Positions 8,255 through 15,650 of a DNA stretch of 51,537 nucleotides are shown in pieces; positions within the stretch are counted from its first letter, which is position 1; every line of letters starts with the position of its first letter. The translations under genes and the position numbers were made by a program. A model generated the notes under the pieces. It was not told the origin of the DNA and made no database searches. It saw nothing but the letters and a program-made list of their open reading frames with translations. Location of the stretch: positions 1 through 51,537 of the forward strand of contig CAMYOO010000008.1 of the NCBI GenBank assembly GCA_947260035.1, written 5' to 3'. Source of the DNA: an uncultured delta proteobacterium. Lineage in GTDB: Bacteria; Myxococcota_A; UBA9160; JAFDET01.

Positions 8255-9387
8255 ACCAGCTGCCCCACGTCCAGCAGGAAGACCGGCCGGCCGTCGCCCA
8301 GCACCGTGAGGCCGGCCAGCGTGCGCAGCCCTGCAAAGAGCGGCGGTACCGGCTTCACGTAGATTTCCTGCTGGCCGTCGAAGCCGTCGGTGCGCAGCGC
8401 CACCCGTTGACCCCGCAGCTCGACGATGGCCAGGGCCGCCAGGGCGGGCCGCTCACCGCGCCGGGCCCAGCCCAGGCAGTCCGCCAGGTCCAGCACCAGC
8501 AGCGGCTCGTCGTCCACCATCACGAAGGCCTCCTGTCCGGCCTCCTCGATTTCCGATTCGGGCACCTCGACGAGCCGCTCCACCTTGGAAACGGAAAGCG
8601 CCACCGCTTCACCCGCCGCCTCGACCAGCAGCACGCGCTGCACCGCGGCGGTCACCGGCACCACCAGCGCGGTCGAAGTCCCGTGACCGGGCTCGCTGGC
8701 GATCTCGATGTGCCCGCCGAGACTTTCGATGGTGGTCTTCACCGCATCCATGCCGACGCCGCGGCCGGAGATTTCGGAAACACGACCCGCCGTGGAGAGA
8801 CCCGGCCGGAACACCATGGCCGCGATCTCTTCCGGCGGCAGGTCGTCGGCCAGGTCCGGATGGATGATGCCGGCCGTGACGGCCCGGGCGCGCACGCCGT
8901 CCAGGTCGATCCCGCGCCCGTCGTCCGACACGGCGATGCGGATCGAATCGCGTTCGCGGCGCGCGGCGATCTCGATGCGCCCGATCTCCGGCTTCCCCGA
9001 AGCGCGCCGATCCTCGGGCGACTCGATTCCATGATCCACGGCGTTGCGGACCAGATGGCCCAGGGGATCAGCCAGACGGTCCAGGATCGAGCGGTCCAGC
9101 TCCAGCTCGGCCCCGCTGATCTCCACCTCGACCTGACGGCCGCAGCGCTGCGCCACGTCTCGAGCGACCCGCGGCAGCGTGTCGATCACCCGCAGCAAGG
9201 GTGTGGTGCGAAGCGCCATGGCGCGCCGCTGCAGCTCGCCCACCACGCGCTCCATGCGGTCGAAGCCGGTGGTCAGCGCTCCGCGCCGCGGACTCTCCTG
9301 GGTGGCCGCGGTCGTGCGCAGCTGATTGGTGCTGAGGATCACTTCGCCGACGGCGGAGAGGAAGCGATCGAGGGTATCGGTGCGCAC
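8251..9387 (-). CDS. cheA: CheA histidine kinase core (P3 dimerisation, P4 HATPase, P5 CheW-like); frame stays open upstream to the A8 run at 9495-9502
   Basis: N box HLVRNAVDHGIE, G1 DDGRGID, G2 GRGVGMD, and a C-terminal CheW-like domain. The first in-frame start (GTG 9387) falls inside the conserved P3 opening (VRVRTDTLDRF). The upstream in-frame sequence encodes a P/A-rich linker with no stop. Confidence 0.9.
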   Translation of the reverse strand: MRTDTLDRFLSAVGEVILSTNQLRTTAATQESPRRGALTTGFDRMERVVGELQRRAMALRTTPLLRVIDTLPRVARDVAQRCGRQVEVEISGAELELDRSILDRLADPLGHLVRNAVDHGIESPEDRRASGKPEIGRIEIAARRERDSIRIAVSDDGRGIDLDGVRARAVTAGIIHPDLADDLPPEEIAAMVFRPGLSTAGRVSEISGRGVGMDAVKTTIESLGGHIEIASEPGHGTSTALVVPVTAAVQRVLLVEAAGEAVALSVSKVERLVEVPESEIEEAGQEAFVMVDDEPLLVLDLADCLGWARRGERPALAALAIVELRGQRVALRTDGFDGQQEIYVKPVPPLFAGLRTLAGLTVLGDGRPVFLLDVGQLV

Positions 9388-9482
9388 CCGTACCTGCGGC
9401 GGCGGGACCGGGGCCGTCGGACTCTCGGAGGCGCCGGCGTCCGACGTCGGCGCGGCGGCCCGCGCGGGCGGCTCTGCGCCGC

Positions 9483-9890
9483 CTAGATCAGAGCTTTTTT
9501 TTCGGTGTCGTCCGCTTCGGAAGGAGACTCGAGGGCCGCCAGGAGCGCGGCGTCTCCGTCCGGCGCGTCTCCGGTTTCCGCCACGCTGGCCAGCATGGCT
9601 TCGAGCACTTCGAGGCCGCGGAAGAGCAAGGGCAGGTCGTCGGCGCTGCCGATGCGGCCGGCCGTGCGGACCGATTCCATGCGGTCCTCCAGGCGGTGCG
9701 CGAGCAGCGAGATCGACTCGTACTCCAGCGAGGCCGCCATGCTCTTCATGGAGTGGACCATGCGGAACACGGTCTCGATGGACGGGCGGGACGCCGGATC
9801 CTTCTCCAGCTCCAGCAGTGAGCGGCTCATCTCGGCGAGGTTCTCGATGCCCTCTTCCAGGAAGAGCGCCCGATACTTCGTCATGTCCAC
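9483..9890 (-). CDS. cheA: CheA P1 (Hpt) domain, terminated 3 codons after an A8 run
   Basis: Hpt signature FRMVHSMKSMAASL (phospho-His). The ORF ends ...ADDTEKKALI*. The kinase frame is the -1 frame relative to this ORF. Confidence 0.9.
   Translation of the reverse strand: MDMTKYRALFLEEGIENLAEMSRSLLELEKDPASRPSIETVFRMVHSMKSMAASLEYESISLLAHRLEDRMESVRTAGRIGSADDLPLLFRGLEVLEAMLASVAETGDAPDGDAALLAALESPSEADDTEKKALI
9495..9502 (-). repeat. A8 homopolymer (T8 on + strand) forming A-AAA-AAA-G in the Hpt frame; candidate slippage or indel site
   Basis: Read directly: gag c tttttttt cgg on the + strand. No comparable A/T run was noticed elsewhere in coding sequence of this window. Confidence 0.95.
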
Positions 9891-9894
9891 GAGA

Positions 9895-10266
9895 TCAGTC
9901 CTGCTTCTCGAGCGCCTTGCGAAGCGTGACGACCACGGCGTCCGGCTTGAACGGCTTCACGATGAAGTCCGACGCACCGGCCTTGAGCGCTTCCATGACC
10001 AGGGCTTCCTGGCCGAGTGCGCTGCACATGACGATCTTTGCGCCCGGGTCGAGCTGGATGATCTGCTTGACCGCCTCGATGCCCGACATCTTCGGCATCA
10101 CGATGTCCATCGTGACGATGTCCGGACTGTGTTCCTTGAACGCCGTCACCGCGTCGGTGCCGTCGCCGGCCTCCGCAATCACATCGAAGCCCTCGGGCTC
10201 GATGATCTCGCGGATCATCTCACGCATGAACGATGCGTCGTCCGCCACCAAGGTTCTCGCCTTCAT
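9895..10266 (-). CDS. cheY: CheY response regulator (single REC domain)
   Basis: [13 protein letters not shown]...DIVTMDIVMPKMSG...IVMCSALG...DFIVKPF has all canonical REC residues. GGGGGAGG sits 4 nt upstream of ATG 10266. ATGA overlap with the cheW stop. Confidence 0.93.
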   Translation of the reverse strand: MKARTLVADDASFMREMIREIIEPEGFDVIAEAGDGTDAVTAFKEHSPDIVTMDIVMPKMSGIEAVKQIIQLDPGAKIVMCSALGQEALVMEALKAGASDFIVKPFKPDAVVVTLRKALEKQD

Positions 10267-10751
10267 GTCGCCTCCCCCCACTGTTCGGATTCGTTGAAAC
10301 CAGGCTCGGCCGAGCGGGCCACCAGCGCCGCCGCTCGATCGCACAGGTACTGCGCATCCAGGATCCCGATGACGCGCCCGTCGATGGGAAGCCGCGCCGT
10401 CACCGGCTCCGGCTGCCGGCTGGCCGGCGGCGGTGCGTTCACCAGGCCCAGCACGCGACCCACCGGAAGTCCAAGGCGCGGCGTATCGCCACCGTCGGCC
10501 GCCACCACCACCACGTGCTCGGGCAGCGCGCCCTCTTCAGCAGCCACGTCCAGCAACGCTGACGGGGAGACGATGGGCAGGGCGTCGCCGTGGTAGTGCA
10601 TGACGCCGCCCAGTGAGCGCGGCAGGCTGGGCACCGGCCCGATGCGCCCCACCTCGGTCACCTCGAACACGTCGAGGATCGGCAGGGCGAACGGGGAGCC
10701 ACTCACCTCGAAGGTCAGCCAGCGCTCGTCGCGAGGTTCGGACGCGCTCAC
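10263..10751 (-). CDS. cheW: CheW coupling protein
   Basis: CheW-like domain ([21 protein letters not shown]...[19 protein letters not shown]). GTGA overlap with the MCP stop. Confidence 0.85.
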   Translation of the reverse strand: MSASEPRDERWLTFEVSGSPFALPILDVFEVTEVGRIGPVPSLPRSLGGVMHYHGDALPIVSPSALLDVAAEEGALPEHVVVVAADGGDTPRLGLPVGRVLGLVNAPPPASRQPEPVTARLPIDGRVIGILDAQYLCDRAAALVARSAEPGFNESEQWGEAT

Positions 10752-12049
10752 GGCGTCTCCTCCGAGCCGCCGGTCCGGAAGCTCTGCAGCACGCCGCGCA
10801 GCTCGTCGGACAGACCGGTCACGCTCTGGGTCGAGCTCACCAGCTCTTCCATGGCAGCGAGCTGCTCGCCGGTGGTCTCCACCACTTCCTCGGTGGCCTT
10901 GGCGTTCCCCGCCGCCACACGCGCGATCTCGTCCATGGAGGACACCATCCGCGACGCGTCCCGGGTCTGGGTATCCGCCTTCAAGAAGATCTCCTCGGCG
11001 CGGTCCGACGCCTCACCGACGGCCGAGGCAATGTGCTCCAGGGACGACGCGATGGTGTTCACGTCGTCGCGGCCCTCGTTGATCACCTGGCCGGACATGC
11101 GCATCTCGTCGGCCACTTCCTGGGTGTCGGTCTGGATCTCGTGGATGAGCTTCGAGATCTCCTCACCACTGCGAGTCGCGTTCTCGGCCAGCTTGCGGAT
11201 CTCGTCGGCCACCACGGAGAAGCCGCGCCCGGCCTCTCCGGCGCGAGCCGCTTCGATGGAGGCATTGAGCGAGAGCAGGTTCGTGCGCTGGGCGACGCCG
11301 GTGATGATCTCCAGGATCTGGTGCACCTGACCGGTCTTCTCTTCCAGCGTGAAGACCTTGGCGCCCGACTGCTCGACCCGTTCGAATACGGTGCGCATCT
11401 TCTCCAGCGCCAGCCGCGAGACGTTGACGCCGGTGTTTGCCTTCTGGTTGGCTTCAGCCGCAAAGCCGAAGGCCTCGCGCGCCCGCGAAGCGTTCTCCTC
11501 GATGGCGCGGGCGATCTCGCCGATCAGGCCGCTGGCCTCCAGGAGCATCGCCTGCTCCTGGGACACGCTGCTCGCCAAGCCGGACACGGTGCTGGAGATT
11601 CCCTCGTTGTTGGACGAGAGCTCCTGTGCGGAACGAGCCAGATCCTGGGCGGCCGTGGAGGCGCGATCCGCGGTGGTCTGCACGTGGCCCACCAGCTCGC
11701 GCAGTCGCGCGGCCATGGCCTGGATGCTGCGCGCCAGGTCGTGGGTCTCGTCTTCGAAGCGGCCCGAACGCACGTCGACGCGCGCAGTCAGGTCGCCGCC
11801 GGAGATGCGATCGGTGGCACTGCGCAGCGACTGGAAGTTGTCTGTCAGCTCGCGGGACAGGAAGAAGCCCATCACCCCGCCCAGGCCGAGCGCGGCGAAG
11901 AACGAAACCCACGGCGCCACGGGAATTCCGAAGGCACCCACCAGACCCGGGAAGCCGATGGCGGCGGCGGCCAGGCACGTGGAGCCCAGCACGAACTTGT
12001 ACGTGAGCGAGAGACGCACCCCGGGCTCATCGGCAGCCGATCTGCCCAT
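10748..12049 (-). CDS. Methyl-accepting chemotaxis protein: 2 TM helices with a ~6-residue loop, HAMP, and signalling domain
   Basis: Highly conserved MCP hairpin tip: [42 protein letters not shown]. The two adjacent TM helices leave no room for a periplasmic sensor domain. Confidence 0.92.
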   Translation of the reverse strand: MGRSAADEPGVRLSLTYKFVLGSTCLAAAAIGFPGLVGAFGIPVAPWVSFFAALGLGGVMGFFLSRELTDNFQSLRSATDRISGGDLTARVDVRSGRFEDETHDLARSIQAMAARLRELVGHVQTTADRASTAAQDLARSAQELSSNNEGISSTVSGLASSVSQEQAMLLEASGLIGEIARAIEENASRAREAFGFAAEANQKANTGVNVSRLALEKMRTVFERVEQSGAKVFTLEEKTGQVHQILEIITGVAQRTNLLSLNASIEAARAGEAGRGFSVVADEIRKLAENATRSGEEISKLIHEIQTDTQEVADEMRMSGQVINEGRDDVNTIASSLEHIASAVGEASDRAEEIFLKADTQTRDASRMVSSMDEIARVAAGNAKATEEVVETTGEQLAAMEELVSSTQSVTGLSDELRGVLQSFRTGGSEETP

Positions 12050-12100
12050 CTTGACGAAATTACCCAGGAATTCCGGGTGTCTGGAGCTCCGGTCAAAGCC

Positions 12101-13063
12101 TCAGAAGTGCCGCCAGCCGGGGGCCGCAGGGGCCTGCCGGCCCGGCCGGCGCCGCGTCACGCGGCCGATCTCCGTCACCGGAACGCCCAGACGCCGGGTC
12201 AGCTCCGGGGCCGCGGGAGCCGCCGTGCGCAGCGTGAAGAGCAGCTCGTAGTCCTCCCCACCCTGGAGGGCCAGGCGCTCGGGATCCAGCCCAGCGCGGC
12301 GGCAGGCCCCCTTGAACCCCCTGGGGAGGGGGATCCGGGCCGGCTCCAGCTCGGCAGCCAGCGGGCCCCGGTTGGATGCCGCCAGCAGGTGGCCCAGATC
12401 GGCCCCCAGGCCGTCGGAGACATCGATGCAGCCCCCCACGCCGGGCATTCGGGCCAAGGCGCGCCCAGCCTCGATACGGGGCCGGGGCACGCGCCGCACC
12501 GGTCCGCCCCGGGCTACCTGCAGGGCGATGGCGCCGAGGCTGCCGGTCACCAGGATACGGTCGCCAACCCGGACGCCGGAGCGGGTCAGGATGCGACCAG
12601 GCCGAGCCGCGCCCAGCACCGTGAGCGTCAGCGAGGTGCCCCGCGCCCGGGTGACGTTTCCGCCCACCAGCGGGCAGCCGTAGCGACGGGCTTCGGCGAT
12701 CAGGCCGCGGGCTACGCCGTCCAGCGTCGCCACCGGCAAGGAAGGCGGGGCGGCCAGGGCCAGCACGAAGCCCAGGGGTCGCCCTCCCATGGCGGCCAGG
12801 TCCGAGAGGTTGGCCGTCAGGGCGCGGCGCCCCACGGTGACCGGTGCCTGGGTCGCCCAGCGGAAGTGCACGTTCTCCACCAACGCATCGGTGCTCACCA
12901 GCAGGCGCTCGCCCGGGGGAGGCCGCAGCACGGCGGCATCGTCGCCGATGCCGAGTTCGACCGACCTCCCCTGCACACGCTCAGCGATGCGCTCGATCCG
13001 CGCAATCACCCCGAACTCACCGATCTCCGCCAGCGTGCGCGGCATTGGGGGACGTTCCTGCAT
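12101..13063 (-). CDS. thiL: Thiamine-monophosphate kinase ThiL
   Basis: IGEFGVIARI...GIGDDAAVL...VSTDALVENVHF...ANLSDLAAMGG. The start could be the second ATG at 13045 (AGGA 10 nt upstream). Confidence 0.9.
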   Translation of the reverse strand: MQERPPMPRTLAEIGEFGVIARIERIAERVQGRSVELGIGDDAAVLRPPPGERLLVSTDALVENVHFRWATQAPVTVGRRALTANLSDLAAMGGRPLGFVLALAAPPSLPVATLDGVARGLIAEARRYGCPLVGGNVTRARGTSLTLTVLGAARPGRILTRSGVRVGDRILVTGSLGAIALQVARGGPVRRVPRPRIEAGRALARMPGVGGCIDVSDGLGADLGHLLAASNRGPLAAELEPARIPLPRGFKGACRRAGLDPERLALQGGEDYELLFTLRTAAPAAPELTRRLGVPVTEIGRVTRRRPGRQAPAAPGWRHF

Positions 13064-13164
13064 AACTGCACGCAGTGCCAGACCTGCACGGGGGGACGTT
13101 CGCGTTGGGGGGCAGTCCTACGCGCTAGGAGTGGTACTGAGTGCAGTTACGCAGGAACGTCCCC
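13048..13164 (-). repeat. 24-bp inverted repeat (13048-13071 / 13141-13164) spanning the thiL start codon, with further short repeats in its 69-nt loop
   Basis: ggggacgttcctgcAtaactgcac versus the reverse complement of gtgcagttaCgcaggaacgtcccc. The single mismatch becomes a G.U pair in the minus-strand (sense) RNA. Confidence 0.85.
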
Positions 13165-13192
13165 GAACGCAGGAGTGGTACTGGGTGCGGGG

Positions 13193-15604
13193 TTAGCTGG
13201 CGGTGCGGGGGACTTTGGGCGGGGCCTGGGTGGTTGCGCGGCGCAGCTTGCGCGGAGAGGTGCGGGGGCCCGGGGTTTCCTCGAGGGCGGCCTCGAGCAC
13301 CTGGTCCATGTGCGAGACGCCGATGAAGCGGATCTTGCGCCGCAGCTCGCGGGGGATTTCATCCAGATCCTGGAGGTTGGCCTCGGGAAGGATCATGCGG
13401 GCGATGCCGGCGCGCAGCGCCGCCAGCGCCTTCTCGCGCACACCGCCCACCGGAAGCACGCGTCCGCGCAGGGTCACCTCTCCGGTCATGGCGACGTCGC
13501 CCTGCACGGGAATCCCGCTGGCCAGTGACGCCAGCGCCGTGGCCAGGGCGATGCCGGCCGACGGGCCGTCTTTGGGAATGGCTCCGGCGGGGACGTGGAC
13601 GTGCACCTGGTTGCGAACCAGGGCGGTCTCGTCGATGCCGAGGTCCGCCGAGCGCCAGCGTACGAACGAGAGAGCCGCGTGGGCCGACTCCTTCATCACG
13701 TCGCCCAGCTGGCCGGTCAGCACCAGGCCGCGCCCCCGGGTGAGGGTCGCCTCGACGCCCAGAACTTCGCCGCCGGACTCGGTCCAGGCCAGACCGTTGG
13801 TCACGCCCACCTGGCCACCGGCGGCCGGCGGATCGGGTCGCACGGGCGCCGGGCCCAGCAGCTTGCCGAGATGGGTGCGCGATACGGAAACGGGCCGTTC
13901 GTCGCCCTCGGCGGCACGCCGGGCCACCTTGCGACACACCGCCGCCAGCTTCCGCTCCAGGTTCCGGACGCCGGCCTCCTGGGTGTACTCGCACGCCAGA
14001 CGCATGAGCGCCGCTTCCGAGAGCCGCAGCCGATCCTCGGGCAGGCCGTGGCCCTCTATCTGCCGGGGCAGCAGGTGCCGCTGGGCGATATCGAGCTTCT
14101 CCTCGGGCGTGTAGCCGGAGAGCTGGATGATCTCCATGCGGTCGCGCAGAGGCGCCGGAATGGGATCGAGCTGGTTCGCCGTAGCGATGAAGAGCACCCG
14201 CGACAGGTCGAAGGGCAGGTTCAGGTAGTGGTCACTGAAGCGTGCATTCTGCTCCGGGTCCAGCACCTCGAGCAGCGCGGCCGCCGGGTCGCCGCGGAAG
14301 TCCGCGCCGAGCTTGTCCACCTCGTCGAGCATGAAAACCGGGTTGTTGGTGCCCGCCTGCTTGATTCCCTGAAGGATGCGGCCGGGAAGCGCACCGACGT
14401 AGGTGCGCCGGTGACCGCGGATCTCGGCCTCGTCGCGGACACCGCCCAGGGAGAGGCGCACGAACTCGCGACCCATGGCCCGCGCGATCGAGCGACCGAG
14501 CGAGGTCTTTCCCACGCCCGGCGGCCCTGAGAAACAGAGGATCGGACCGCGCGCGTCACGGCGCAGCTTGTAGACGGCCAGCAGTTCGAGGATGCGCTCC
14601 TTGACGCTGCTCAGGTGACTGTGGTCCTCGTCCAGGATCTCGCGCGCCCGCACCAGGTCCAGCGGCTCGGTGGAGCCCCGCGACCACGGAAGGTCGACGA
14701 GCCAGTCCAGGTAGATCCGCACCACCTGCGCCTCGGCGCCGTCGGGGTGCATGCGTTCCAGACGCCGGAGCTGCCGCTGGGCCTCGGCCAGCGACTCCTC
14801 GGGCATGCCGGCTTCCTCGACCTTCTGACGGTACTCCTCGATCTCCTCGATGCGGCTGTCGCCCTCGCCCAATTCCAGCTGGATCGCGCGCAGCTGCTCG
14901 CGCAGGAAGTGCTCGCGCTGGCCGCGGGACATCTCCTCGCGCGCGATGGACTGGATCTCGGCCTGGACCGAGGTGACCTCCAGCTCGCGACGCAGGAAGA
15001 CGTCGATCCGTCGCAGCCGCGCCAGGGGATCCACCACCTCGAGGATCTCCTGGGACTCCTCCACGCGCAGCGGTACGTTGGACGCCACCAGGTCCGCCAG
15101 CCGCCCGGGCTCCTGCACGTCGGCGGTGACCGACAGCACCTCGGGCGGCAGGTTCTTCAGCGGAAGCAGCTCTTCGACCCGAGCGCGCACCGTGCGCATC
15201 AGCGCCTCCGCCTCGACCGACCAGTCCGCCTGGACGTCCGCGGGCACCGGGGTAGCCCGGACCCACAGGGCCGGCTCCTGCTCCTGGAAGCGGTCCACGC
15301 GCGCGCGCGCGAGCCCCTGCACCAGCGTCTTCACGCGGCCGTCCGGCAGGCGCAGGATGCGCATCACCATGGCCACGGTTCCCACCGCGTGCAGGTCGTC
15401 GGGCGCCGGCTCTTCCAGGATGCCGTCGCGCTGGGTCACCAGCAGCAGCAGCCGGTCGCCGGCCAGTGCGTCCTCCACGGCCGCGATGGACCGCTCGCGG
15501 GCGACGAAGATCGGCAGGACCATGTAGGGAAAGACGACCAGCTCCCGGAGCGGGAGAACGGGGAGTTCTTCGGGGATCTCGAAGCGCGAAGTCGGGTCAC
15601 TCAC
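13193..15604 (-). CDS. lon: ATP-dependent Lon protease
   Basis: LON N-domain (LPVLPLRELVVFPYMVLPIFV), Walker A GPPGVGKTSLG, and protease domain with PKDGPSAGIA. GTG start. Confidence 0.97.
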   Translation of the reverse strand: MSDPTSRFEIPEELPVLPLRELVVFPYMVLPIFVARERSIAAVEDALAGDRLLLLVTQRDGILEEPAPDDLHAVGTVAMVMRILRLPDGRVKTLVQGLARARVDRFQEQEPALWVRATPVPADVQADWSVEAEALMRTVRARVEELLPLKNLPPEVLSVTADVQEPGRLADLVASNVPLRVEESQEILEVVDPLARLRRIDVFLRRELEVTSVQAEIQSIAREEMSRGQREHFLREQLRAIQLELGEGDSRIEEIEEYRQKVEEAGMPEESLAEAQRQLRRLERMHPDGAEAQVVRIYLDWLVDLPWSRGSTEPLDLVRAREILDEDHSHLSSVKERILELLAVYKLRRDARGPILCFSGPPGVGKTSLGRSIARAMGREFVRLSLGGVRDEAEIRGHRRTYVGALPGRILQGIKQAGTNNPVFMLDEVDKLGADFRGDPAAALLEVLDPEQNARFSDHYLNLPFDLSRVLFIATANQLDPIPAPLRDRMEIIQLSGYTPEEKLDIAQRHLLPRQIEGHGLPEDRLRLSEAALMRLACEYTQEAGVRNLERKLAAVCRKVARRAAEGDERPVSVSRTHLGKLLGPAPVRPDPPAAGGQVGVTNGLAWTESGGEVLGVEATLTRGRGLVLTGQLGDVMKESAHAALSFVRWRSADLGIDETALVRNQVHVHVPAGAIPKDGPSAGIALATALASLASGIPVQGDVAMTGEVTLRGRVLPVGGVREKALAALRAGIARMILPEANLQDLDEIPRELRRKIRFIGVSHMDQVLEAALEETPGPRTSPRKLRRATTQAPPKVPRTAS

Positions 15605-15650
15605 GTAACGATTCTTCGACGAGAATCGCCGGCAACTTGAGACGGCGAGG

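Noticed and set aside
13064-13192. Possible TPP (THI-box) riboswitch upstream of thiL
   Set aside because: I could not find the conserved THI-box elements (CUGAGA and the ACCUGAUCUGGAUAAUGCCAGCG-like core) on the sense strand. The structure is reported as an unclassified inverted repeat instead.
13141-13326. 61-aa + strand ORF starting in the inverted copy of the thiL start region
   Set aside because: It begins with GTG inside the repeat arm and runs antisense into the lon 3' end. It has junk composition and is a by-product of the inverted repeat.
10613-13528. Very long alternate-frame or antisense ORFs: 971 aa here, plus 5078-7384, 17836-20436, 18152-20701, 33798-36557, 39574-41607 and others
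   Set aside because: They show typical high-GC stop-codon depletion. Their composition is dominated by R/G/A/P/H/Q and they carry no recognisable motifs. Each overlaps a gene with strong family signatures on the other strand or frame.
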